This document shows positions 41,445-50,189 of a stretch of DNA of 64,000 nucleotides, in pieces. Source of the DNA: Polyangiales bacterium (GTDB taxonomy: Bacteria > Myxococcota_A > Polyangia > Polyangiales > Polyangiaceae); the NCBI GenBank assembly GCA_038230375.1, contig JBBRNJ010000032.1, forward strand, positions 22,407 through 86,406, written 5' to 3'. How positions within the stretch are numbered: position 1 is the first letter of the stretch; each line of letters opens with the position of its first letter. Under the pieces are notes generated by a model. That model worked only from the letters and a program-made list of their open reading frames with translations, ran no database searches and was not told the origin of the DNA. Position numbers and translations under genes: made by a program.

Positions 41445-42226
41445 GCCTCGGTCAAGAACGCGGCGATCGCCTTGCCCAGATCGACCTTGGTCACCGCGCT
41501 CATGTGATTGCCGGGCACCACCACGCGCCGTCCGTTCGGCAGCAGCGCGGCCAGCTCCTCAGCCGAGCCATTGTCCTTGTCCTCTGCGCCGATCACCACC
41601 AGGGTCGGCACGGCGATCTGCGCGAGCTCCTCCTTCGCCGTGTCCACGAACGTGTCCAGCACGCGGAGCAGGGCAACGGGATCGCCTGAGACCGTCTTCA
41701 GGAACGCCTCCGCCATCCACTCGGAGCTGCTGCGCTCGAACGTGCCGAGCTGCGTGAGGACTCGCCTGAAGAAGTCACCGCGGTGGGCCGTGTCGAGCAG
41801 GCCTTCGAGACCCATCCCGCCCAGTATCGCCCGCCGCGGCGTGGCCCCGCGCGTGAGCATCCGGATCGCGGTGCGTGCGCCCAGCGAGTAGCCGCCCAGA
41901 TCGTAGTCGGTGAGCCCCAGATGCGAGAGCAGCGCGAAGCCATCGTCGGCCAGCACGTCGGGCGGGTACGCGCCCGGGTCGTGCGGCTTCGCGCTGTCAC
42001 CATGACCGCGTAGGTCCGGCATGATCACGCGGAAGCCGCGCGCGGCGATCTCTCTCGCGTGCCCGTAGCGAACCCAGTTCACCGTCGCTGTGGAGAAGTA
42101 GCCGTGAACGAGCACCACAGGCCGACCTTCGCCCATCTCGCGGTACGCGAGCGCGACGCCGTCACGACCCTGGAAGGAGCGCGGCGGCAGGATGGTCTTG
42201 TCTTCGGTGGGTCGCGGTACGGGCAC
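41432..42226 (-). CDS. Alpha/beta fold hydrolase
   Basis: LVHG, DLRGHG.S, GYSLG, PGNH. Start approximate. Confidence 0.88.
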   Translation of the reverse strand: MPVPRPTEDKTILPPRSFQGRDGVALAYREMGEGRPVVLVHGYFSTATVNWVRYGHAREIAARGFRVIMPDLRGHGDSAKPHDPGAYPPDVLADDGFALLSHLGLTDYDLGGYSLGARTAIRMLTRGATPRRAILGGMGLEGLLDTAHRGDFFRRVLTQLGTFERSSSEWMAEAFLKTVSGDPVALLRVLDTFVDTAKEELAQIAVPTLVVIGAEDKDNGSAEELAALLPNGRRVVVPGNHMSAVTKVDLGKAIAAFLTEAYLR

Positions 42227-42312
42227 GCGCGCATTGTTGCAGAGAGGCGACGCGCTGAACACGACTGGATCCGCCTCAGAGAAGCTGCAGGCGTGACTGC
42301 GCAAGGTCGTCT

Positions 42313-43110
42313 ATGATTGAAGTGATGGGGCTACGCTCGCTCAGCGCTGCGACGATCGCATGTCTATGCGTCGTCGCGTCGTGTAGCGCCTCGTACTCCG
42401 TGAAGGACGTGGATGCGGACGCTGGCGTCGCGAATGGCGTGGACGCGCAGGCAATGCCCACGGCCGACGCCGGCGTCTCTCCCGATTCAGGCCAGAGCAT
42501 GATGGTCGACGCATCCACGGATGCGGCGAACGACGCTGCATGCTCGATGGACCTCCAGACGGACGCGAAGAACTGTGGAGTGTGCGCCCGCATCTGCAAC
42601 ACCGGTGGTTGCGTTGGTGGCGAGTGTCTTCATGTCGCGTTCGTCGTGGCTGTGCCCAGTGGGGGAGACCTGGGCGGCATTGCTGGTGCGGACGCGCTCT
42701 GTCAGACCACCGCCACGAACGCCGGGCTGCACGGAAAGTTCCTTGCGTGGCTCGGTACCCCGGCCACATCGCCGAACGGTCGCTTCTTCAGGGCGACGCG
42801 CCCGTATGTGCTCCGGCTCGGCACCATCATCGCCACGAGCTATGCCGAGCTCCTCACGCCGCCGCTCAAGATCCAGATCGGGTACGACGCGAACGGCATG
42901 CTTAGCCCCATCACCAAGGCGTCGTCGAACGTGGCGAACGATGGCACCTACAGTCCAGGCGACGGCAACGCATGCGTCAACTGGACGTCCAACGCCCCTG
43001 GCAACCGCGGCTCCTGGGGCAACGCGCAGGGCACGGGCAATGGTTGGACGAACAGCAGCAGTGACTCCTGCGACACCCTGGGTCACGGCATCTACTGCTT
43101 CGAGCAGTGA
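42313..43110 (+). CDS. Lipoprotein with DUF1554 (endostatin/C-type-lectin-like) domain
   Basis: GDLGGIAGADALCQ..A..AGL.G.FLAWL, C.NWTS, terminal IYCFEQ. Confidence 0.8.
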   Translation: MIEVMGLRSLSAATIACLCVVASCSASYSVKDVDADAGVANGVDAQAMPTADAGVSPDSGQSMMVDASTDAANDAACSMDLQTDAKNCGVCARICNTGGCVGGECLHVAFVVAVPSGGDLGGIAGADALCQTTATNAGLHGKFLAWLGTPATSPNGRFFRATRPYVLRLGTIIATSYAELLTPPLKIQIGYDANGMLSPITKASSNVANDGTYSPGDGNACVNWTSNAPGNRGSWGNAQGTGNGWTNSSSDSCDTLGHGIYCFEQ

Positions 43111-43141
43111 AGTCCTGTACGCTCGCGCTCGGAGGCGACAC

Positions 43142-44539
43142 ATGGCGCGGCAGATGGCTTCGACCCACACGGGTCTACCGTTCACGGTGACGGACGGCGG
43201 ACCTCGATACATGATCGGCAAGGACGCTTGCCACGACGCGCTCGCGTGGACGGATCTGGATGGTGATGGCATCGTCGATCTGGTCGCGATCGCGACGGAG
43301 TCGGGCAACTACGAGGACACCGATCACGAGCTCGTGGCCATCCAGGTCCCCACAGGCAACGCCTTGTGGCGCGCGCTCCCGGGCGAGGTCTCCAAGCGCG
43401 TCTCGTTCGCGAACGGCGTGATCGTCGCATCCACGCGCTCGGCCGCACGCCTGGTGGGCCTCGACCCGCGCACGGGCCAGAAGCTCTGGGACGTGGAGCT
43501 CCCGGACCTGCTGGAGGAGGACAACTTCGACGACGACCGCGCGCGTGCGATCCAGCCGTTTGGTGGCGTCTGCGCCATCCAGTGCAAGGACGACTCGTAC
43601 CACCTGGTCGACGCACGCACCGGACAGATCGTGAAGAGCGGCGAGGGCAAGTGGAAGGCGCTCGGCGGCGGCGTACCCGGGCTTGCGGCGCTGGACTTCG
43701 AGGAGCGCCTCGAGATCTGGGACGTGCCCAGCGGCAGGAAGATCGCCGATCTCAAGGACACGTCGCAGGTGCGCGTGGTCCCCGGTCCGGGCTACTTCGG
43801 CCTGCTGCGCCACGGCGCGGTGCAGGCCAATGGAGCGTACGGTTTCGAGGCACGCATCTTCCACTCGCAGGAGCTTCGCGAGATGGGGCGCTCACTGATC
43901 GTCCCCGGACCGGCGCTGGGTCGGAAGACCGGCGGCGACGACGACGATGACGACAGCGGCGGCGCCGAGCTTCGCCTTGGCGACGGCGAGTTCAACGTCA
44001 TCGGCGGCTGCATCATGGGCAACAATCGCCTGGTGTTCGGCTCGCGCTATCACAGCGAGGCGTACGTCGTAGATCTGGTCGCCGGCAAGAACTGTCCCGC
44101 GTATCCGTTCACGCCTCCGAAGCCCGGCTTCAAGTTCCGCACGTTCGCGTGGGTGGCTCCCGTCTTCGTCAGCGTGTGGGAGAAGGAGAAGGGGACGTCC
44201 AAGCTCATCGCGATGGGCCACCACCCGCAGACGCTTGCGCCCGTGTGGATGGCGGAAGATCTGGGTGGGAGATCCATTTCCAATCCGCTCCACATCGCGA
44301 ATGGCGCCGTGCTGGTCCCGCGCAACCCTGGCGCGAACGCCAACGAGTACCACGCGCAGACCAACCCCTGCTCGATCCGGCACCTGGATCCGGCGACGGG
44401 CGCGGTGGTGACGGACTACCCGGTGGAGGATGTAAACTGCATCGAAATGTTCGGGCAGTTCCTCTGCGGCGCGTCCACGTACTTCAGCGGCGGTCTGCCG
44501 ATCGTCTACGACACACAAGGGCGCAAGCGCGTCCTCTGA
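43142..44539 (+). CDS. PQQ-like beta-propeller protein without signal peptide
   Basis: GGAGG RBS. DLDGDG..DLV, 'LDPRTGQKLW', 'VDARTGQ', 'LDPATG' blades. Confidence 0.75.
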   Translation: MARQMASTHTGLPFTVTDGGPRYMIGKDACHDALAWTDLDGDGIVDLVAIATESGNYEDTDHELVAIQVPTGNALWRALPGEVSKRVSFANGVIVASTRSAARLVGLDPRTGQKLWDVELPDLLEEDNFDDDRARAIQPFGGVCAIQCKDDSYHLVDARTGQIVKSGEGKWKALGGGVPGLAALDFEERLEIWDVPSGRKIADLKDTSQVRVVPGPGYFGLLRHGAVQANGAYGFEARIFHSQELREMGRSLIVPGPALGRKTGGDDDDDDSGGAELRLGDGEFNVIGGCIMGNNRLVFGSRYHSEAYVVDLVAGKNCPAYPFTPPKPGFKFRTFAWVAPVFVSVWEKEKGTSKLIAMGHHPQTLAPVWMAEDLGGRSISNPLHIANGAVLVPRNPGANANEYHAQTNPCSIRHLDPATGAVVTDYPVEDVNCIEMFGQFLCGASTYFSGGLPIVYDTQGRKRVL

Positions 44540-44554
44540 GAGGCGGAGGTCCGC

Positions 44555-45463
44555 GTGCTTGTCCGACGCGTGCGATGCCATGTCTGCGGTGGTCCGAAGG
44601 TGACGCCCTCGCGCACCGCGCACGACCATTGCTCGTGGTGCGGCGCGTTCACGGACTGGAACCACGGGGTCGCCTACGCCACGCGAGGCTCCATGAAGCC
44701 CGGTCCGCGCTACGACGCGCTGTCCGTCTACCTGCAACCGGAGATCGAGCAGGCGCGTCGCGCGGGACACTTTCCGAACCTCGTGGCTGCGTTCAAGCAG
44801 CTCTACGAGGCACACGTCACGGACTGCCCCGCCGCCTACTCCCCACGGATCTCCGACGCGAGGTACCGCAGCGCGGTCGTCGAATACCACGCCATGCGCG
44901 ACGCGGCGCGACGCGTCGATGCCGTTGCGACATCGCTCGAGGCGCGTATGGACCAGGTGTCTCGCACGATGTTCTACGTGCAGCGCCCCGAAGGTCGGTT
45001 CGTGCGCCCGGATCGCTTCTTCGCCGTCCTGAACGAGTTCCTGCCGCTGCAGGCGCGCCTGGACGATCTCCTGCGCGCGTCAGGCGCCATCACGGTACAT
45101 CCGGATGCTCCGCCGCCCGTGCTGCTCCACAAGATCGGGCAGTCCGCGTTCGTGCAAGCGTGGATGCCCATGCTCGATCACGACACGGGTCTGAAGGCGC
45201 TGGAGGCGACGGGCCTGGCCGACCAGTACGAGGAGCTCGCAGAGGTCGCGATTCGCGGCCGACCATGCCCCAAGTGCGGCGACGACGTGCCGGTGGTGGA
45301 CGGCGCGCACGCGGTGCTCTGCGAGGCCTGTGGCACCCTGGTCGGTGGTGGTGAGCACGCCGTGCGCTGCGGCGGCTGCGGAGGCGGGTTCACGCCCGAC
45401 CCCGCACAGCGAGAGCTCGCATGCCCATGGTGCCGCCGCGTGGTCGACGTCACGGATCGCTGA
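44555..45463 (+). CDS. Multi zinc-ribbon hypothetical protein
   Basis: GGAGG RBS and GTG start. Six CxxC motifs (two N-terminal, four C-terminal) around a helical core. Confidence 0.75.
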   Translation: MLVRRVRCHVCGGPKVTPSRTAHDHCSWCGAFTDWNHGVAYATRGSMKPGPRYDALSVYLQPEIEQARRAGHFPNLVAAFKQLYEAHVTDCPAAYSPRISDARYRSAVVEYHAMRDAARRVDAVATSLEARMDQVSRTMFYVQRPEGRFVRPDRFFAVLNEFLPLQARLDDLLRASGAITVHPDAPPPVLLHKIGQSAFVQAWMPMLDHDTGLKALEATGLADQYEELAEVAIRGRPCPKCGDDVPVVDGAHAVLCEACGTLVGGGEHAVRCGGCGGGFTPDPAQRELACPWCRRVVDVTDR

Positions 45464-45487
45464 GCCGATGCACCGGACGGAAGACCG

Positions 45488-47557
45488 TCACTTGCACGCG
45501 ATCATCGTACCGGGTCCGTTCGGGCCGGTGCAGACCTGGCCGGACTGCGGGCACTGAAGGCCGCCTGCGATGGCGCCGCCCAGGCATTGGATGGCGCCGT
45601 AGTCGGCGAGCTGGCTGCAGTAGACGCCGTCTGCCCGACCGTCGCACGAGTCGGGGCTCTGCGCGTCGCCGCTCGCGTCGCCCGGGTCCGTACTTCCGTC
45701 GTCGCCAGGCCCCGCGTCCGGAGCGCACTGGACGCAGCAGGAATCACCGCCGTCGGTGTCGCTGCAGCAGACCGGCGTGCCGGCGTCGGCGTTGCAACCG
45801 CACTTCACCTTGAACCTGGCGGCGTACGCGATGTCGACCACGCCCGTGGCGACCCATGCGCACGTCACGCCCTCGCGTGAGACATGCAGCTTCCTGGCCG
45901 ACGCGATCTGAGCGCGCGCCGCCTGGGAGAAGCTGGACTCCGCGCTCAGGTTGTGGCGCTGCGACTGCCACCAGACGCGACGCGCGCCATCCCAACCAAG
46001 CGCCTTCACCTTCAGGTTGCTCGTGTCGTTCGCGCCGCCGATCGCCATCAGGTAGAACGCGTTGTTCGGGATGCCGGAGTTCGTGTGCACGCCGCCGCAG
46101 TCACTATCGCTGCGGGTGTCGGGCGTGCCTGGCGGCGGATCGGGGTCCTCGCAGTGGTTCTCCGACACGACGAAGCTCTTCATGTTGTCCGGCTGTCCGT
46201 AGGCAGACGGATGCGCCATGTCGCGGAACGCAGCCCCGTTCTTGAAGATGCCCTCGCCCACGAGCGAGTTGCCCGCGCCCGGCTTGTAGGTGTGCTCGAC
46301 CAGCTCGCCGAAGATGTCGGAGATGGCCTCGTTCAGGGCGCCGGGCTGGAAGTGGTAGGCGAGCTTCGACGTGTACTGCGTGAAGCCGTGCGTCATCTCG
46401 TGGCCGGTCACGTCGAGCGTGGTGATGGCGTTCGTATCGGCGTTGCCGTCGCCGTAGTGCATGTCGTTCGTGACGCCGCTCCAGAACGCATTCACGGGAT
46501 CGCTCAGGCTGTCGTGGACGGTGAGAATGAACGGCGACGCGTTGGCGTCATACGACCACCGCTTCTCCTTGTTCCGGTAGAACTGGTCCACGAGATGAGC
46601 GTTCGCGTGCACGTCCACGGCGGCGCCGGCGCCTGGTTGGCCCGCGGGAAGCGGATCCCAGGACTTGAGATCCGTGCTCGTGATCGGGTTCCTGGTCTTG
46701 CCGTCGGCACCAAGCGTGTTGGTCTGGACGGAGGTCACGGAGCCGGACTTTGGCCACGTCATGGTCCACGACTTCTTGTCTGCGTTCGCGGTCACCTCGA
46801 ACGAGCGGCCCTTGCCGTCGCTGCCCGTGCCGGTCGCCGCAACGTGGAAGATGAGGCCGATCTTCGCGAGCACGGCGCCCGTCTCTGCGTCGACGATGAC
46901 CTGACGTTCGACCGGCCGTGTCCCCGACCTGCCGGCGATCACCACGCGCCACACCAGCCGCGGCTGCGCCGGGTTGTAGCCATCGAAGCCGAGCTCGGCG
47001 GTGGGCGTTACCGCACCGACCTTGAACGCCGGTCCCGCATCCGCGATGGCGCGGGCGATGGCCGCGGCCTGGTCCTTCGTCGCGCTGTGCGTCAGGCCGG
47101 CGAGGCCGGGGAAGAAGTCGCCGTTCACGTAGCCCATCGTTCCGTCGTCACCGAAATGGACGCGGAGCCCCGCGCCGAAGACGGGTACGCCTGCGCTCAT
47201 CTGGTCGAAGAGCACGTGGGTCATGCCGTCTTCGTCGACATCCACGTCGTGCACCGCGAGCTCGGCCGCCTGGTCCTTGATCTGCCAGAGGTCCCTGTAC
47301 TTCGCGATGAACGCGCGCGCAGCGGCCTCCGGCGAGCCTCCGGGAGCGAGCCACACCGTGGAGTCGTCGTCCGTCGGCGCGACGAGGTCGGGAACGCCAG
47401 TGCGCGCGTTCTGGTCCACGACCCACGTGGTGCCCGTGTCCTTCGCCAGGCGATCGGCCGGCGAGAGAGGGGTGGAGGAATCCGAGCTACATCCGACCTG
47501 CGCGAATACGATGCCTGCAAGAGCGGTGACTCCTGCGGCGACGAGTCTCTTGTTCAT
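45488..47557 (-). CDS. M4 (thermolysin-family) metallopeptidase lipoprotein with Cys-rich C-terminal domain
   Basis: FTP/PepSY propeptide, NAFW, HEMTH, GALNEAISD, GGVHTNSGIPN. Confidence 0.95.
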   Translation of the reverse strand: MNKRLVAAGVTALAGIVFAQVGCSSDSSTPLSPADRLAKDTGTTWVVDQNARTGVPDLVAPTDDDSTVWLAPGGSPEAAARAFIAKYRDLWQIKDQAAELAVHDVDVDEDGMTHVLFDQMSAGVPVFGAGLRVHFGDDGTMGYVNGDFFPGLAGLTHSATKDQAAAIARAIADAGPAFKVGAVTPTAELGFDGYNPAQPRLVWRVVIAGRSGTRPVERQVIVDAETGAVLAKIGLIFHVAATGTGSDGKGRSFEVTANADKKSWTMTWPKSGSVTSVQTNTLGADGKTRNPITSTDLKSWDPLPAGQPGAGAAVDVHANAHLVDQFYRNKEKRWSYDANASPFILTVHDSLSDPVNAFWSGVTNDMHYGDGNADTNAITTLDVTGHEMTHGFTQYTSKLAYHFQPGALNEAISDIFGELVEHTYKPGAGNSLVGEGIFKNGAAFRDMAHPSAYGQPDNMKSFVVSENHCEDPDPPPGTPDTRSDSDCGGVHTNSGIPNNAFYLMAIGGANDTSNLKVKALGWDGARRVWWQSQRHNLSAESSFSQAARAQIASARKLHVSREGVTCAWVATGVVDIAYAARFKVKCGCNADAGTPVCCSDTDGGDSCCVQCAPDAGPGDDGSTDPGDASGDAQSPDSCDGRADGVYCSQLADYGAIQCLGGAIAGGLQCPQSGQVCTGPNGPGTMIACK

Positions 47558-47693
47558 GTGAACTCACCACGACGCAACCCGCGTGCCCGCGCGATTTCAC
47601 TGCTTTCGTCGGGGATCGTGGGAGTCGTGCCTGGCCCCGGACACAATGGCACTGACTGCAAGATCGCGGTTCAAGCGTGATCCACCTGTGCGT

Positions 47694-47795
47694 TCACAGC
47701 CAGGTGTGATCCGCGATCACAGCCAGGTGTGATCCGCGATCACAGCCAGGTGTGATCCGCGATCACAGCCAGGTGTGATCCGCGATCACAGCCAG
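47694..47795. repeat. Tandem array of 23-bp unit TCACAGCCAGGTGTGATCCGCGA (4 full copies + 10 nt)
   Basis: Perfect copies with no spacers. Junctions form TGTGATC-CGC-GATCACA palindromes. Confidence 0.95.
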
Positions 47796-47861
47796 CTATG
47801 AACGCGTGCGCTCCATCGGGTGGTGTTGCCCCGCGGTGGCCATCTTGGTAGCGTTCATCGC

Positions 47862-48758
47862 ATGAGCGCGGCCGACAAGCGGGCACTGTCACCTCAGCTC
47901 CATGGTGTTCTCACTCCAAAGTTCTGGCGCGACAACTTCCCCGACTTGACGATCAGCGAGACGCTACCGTCGCCGGTCGCACCGCCGGCGCAGGCGGCGC
48001 TGGACACGATCAAGAAGCGCGTGACCAAGGAGGGATACTTCGACGAGAAGAGCCTCGCGCTCGATACCCTGGCGCCCCGCCTGGCCGAGTCCGTGAAGAA
48101 GCTCATCGCGATGGGCCTGCCGGTGCCCTTTCTCTTCATGTTCGATGAGCCGTGGAACGCATTTCGGGCCGTGGACTCGGTCATCGCCGCGCTCCTCGGC
48201 AGCGACTTCAAGATGCTCCCGGACTTCTGGGTCTGGCACGTCGACCCGAAGACCAACGAGGCGGGCTGGGCGCCGCACCGCGACAAGGGTCGGGTCGCGC
48301 TCGCGCCTGACGGCTCGCCTCTCTCGATCACAGTATGGATCCCGCTCACGGAGGCCACGCCACTGAACGGCTGCGTGTACATCCTGCCGGCGCACCGGGA
48401 CGCTGTCTACAACACGGCCGCCGAGCACGACCAGTCCGCGGTCGACCTCGCGAGCATTCGCGCCCTTCCCGCCAAGCCCGGCGCGTTCATGGCCTGGAAC
48501 CAGGCGGTGCTGCACTGGGGCGGGAAATCCAGCCCCCACGCCCCCCACCCGCGCATCAGCATGGCCGTCGAGTTCCAGCGCGCCGACACGAAGCCAATGA
48601 ACGAGCCACTGCTTGATCTAGGACGCGCCCTCACCTTCGACGAGCGCCTGCGCCTGGTCGCGAAACAAATCCTGCAGTACCAGCATCTGTATCCGTTGAA
48701 GCCCGAGACGAAGGTGATCGCAGACGCGATCCTGGCACGCCCGCCCGCCAAGCCGTAG
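47862..48758 (+). CDS. Phytanoyl-CoA dioxygenase (PhyH)-like Fe(II)/2OG oxygenase
   Basis: W.PHRD, TVWIPL.EA...NGC, LHWG, R.S motifs. Confidence 0.85.
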   Translation: MSAADKRALSPQLHGVLTPKFWRDNFPDLTISETLPSPVAPPAQAALDTIKKRVTKEGYFDEKSLALDTLAPRLAESVKKLIAMGLPVPFLFMFDEPWNAFRAVDSVIAALLGSDFKMLPDFWVWHVDPKTNEAGWAPHRDKGRVALAPDGSPLSITVWIPLTEATPLNGCVYILPAHRDAVYNTAAEHDQSAVDLASIRALPAKPGAFMAWNQAVLHWGGKSSPHAPHPRISMAVEFQRADTKPMNEPLLDLGRALTFDERLRLVAKQILQYQHLYPLKPETKVIADAILARPPAKP

Positions 48759-48777
48759 CTCGCCTATCGTGGAGACG

Positions 48778-50142
48778 TCAGGGCTTGCGATGGGCCAGGA
48801 CGAGGAGACCTGGCACATCTTTGTTGAGCTCCTTGCGCAGCACGCTGCGCGTCGCTTCGTCCAGGGCGAAGCCGCTCTTTTCGAGCGACGCCTCCAGGTA
48901 CTGTTGCGTGTGCGCGTAGCGCCCGCGCTCGTGCAGCTTGAAGCCCTCCTCGCACGTGGTCTCGAGGAGCTCGATCGTGCCGACGAAGCGGCCACCGGGG
49001 CGGAGCGAGCGCGCCGTCGCATCGAGGAGCCGCTCTAGCTTGCCGAAGTACACGAGCGTTTCCAGGCACGTTGCCAGATCGTAGCTGCTTGGGTGTGCCT
49101 CCAGGAAGTCCACCAGATCGCCTACGTGGATCTCGTCGTACAGGCCCCCGGCGCGCGCGATCTCGAGCATGTTCGGCGAGAGGTCCACGCCCGTCAGCGT
49201 CTTCTTCCATGGCTTGATGAGCGGGCCGAGGCGCCCGGTCCCCGCCCCCATGTCGATCACGTCGAGGTCGGCGCTCGGAACGGGCATCACGCGCGCGAGC
49301 GCTTCGGTCACGCGCTCCGGCGCGTTGTAGCCCAGCGCGGAGAGGACCTTGTCGTATTGCGCCGCGAACTGGTCGAAATAGGTCGTGACATATTCCGGAG
49401 CCGCCTTCTCGGCGACGTCCTTGCCGGTGAGCGCGCCGTGCATGTGCCGGGCGAGCGGGTGCTTCGGATCGAACGCGTACCACTCGCGGACGACCCGGAT
49501 GGTCTCCTCGCGCTTCGCCTCGAACTCATCGAACCAGAGCCCGTCGAACACCTTGTGGTACGAGTTGCTCACCGCGCGGAACACCTTCTTGTCGTGGGGG
49601 GCCAGGCGCAGGATGAGGAGCCCGGTGTCGAGCTCGGCTTTGTGATTGCCCAGGCGCTGGTAGACCTCCGCCAGCATCCGTATCGCCTCCTCGTCGAGCG
49701 GCGTGTAGCGCAGCACCTCGTTGAGCGCCTTGGCGGCGCCCAAGAAGTCCCCTCGTTGCTTCGCGAGCACGGCGAGGTGCCGTTGGGCGATCGGCGCGTT
49801 GGGAACCTCCTCGATCACGCGCCGGAAGCACTGCTCGGCGCGTGCGGGCTCGGACGCCATGAGCAGGATACCCAGGTTCTGACGGCAGGCGGGGTAGGCC
49901 GGACGGATCGAAAGCGCGCGCTCGAGCAGCTCCTCCGCAGCTGCCACATCTCCCTTCTTGGCCGTCACCAGTCCGAGAAGGTGGAGCGCGTCAGGGTCGT
50001 CCGGGGTCGTCTCCAGCAACGCCTTCACGATCGATGCGGCCTGCGTGAGGTGATTTCCCTCCAGGAGCTGCGCGGCGCGCGCAAGTGCGTTGCCAGCGGG
50101 CATCCGCAGCGGCGCCTGGTTCTTGGTCTTCTTCTTCGCCAT
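48778..50142 (-). CDS. TPR-repeat + class I SAM-dependent methyltransferase
   Basis: TPRs (PDALHLLG), YV..YFD.FA..YD..L..LGY.AP, DMGAGTG, GVDLS.NML, GRYAH. Alternative GTG start at 50193. Confidence 0.9.
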   Translation of the reverse strand: MAKKKTKNQAPLRMPAGNALARAAQLLEGNHLTQAASIVKALLETTPDDPDALHLLGLVTAKKGDVAAAEELLERALSIRPAYPACRQNLGILLMASEPARAEQCFRRVIEEVPNAPIAQRHLAVLAKQRGDFLGAAKALNEVLRYTPLDEEAIRMLAEVYQRLGNHKAELDTGLLILRLAPHDKKVFRAVSNSYHKVFDGLWFDEFEAKREETIRVVREWYAFDPKHPLARHMHGALTGKDVAEKAAPEYVTTYFDQFAAQYDKVLSALGYNAPERVTEALARVMPVPSADLDVIDMGAGTGRLGPLIKPWKKTLTGVDLSPNMLEIARAGGLYDEIHVGDLVDFLEAHPSSYDLATCLETLVYFGKLERLLDATARSLRPGGRFVGTIELLETTCEEGFKLHERGRYAHTQQYLEASLEKSGFALDEATRSVLRKELNKDVPGLLVLAHRKP

Positions 50143-50189
50143 GCATCTCCAGCTTGGTACGTGGTTCCGATTGCGTCGTCTGGTGGCCT

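Noticed and set aside
47694..47795. Possible CRISPR array
   Set aside because: Units are contiguous with no unique spacers, and there are no cas genes in the window.
47862..50142. PhyH dioxygenase plus TPR-methyltransferase as a tailoring or biosynthetic cluster
   Set aside because: The genes are convergent and no scaffold-biosynthesis or precursor gene is nearby.
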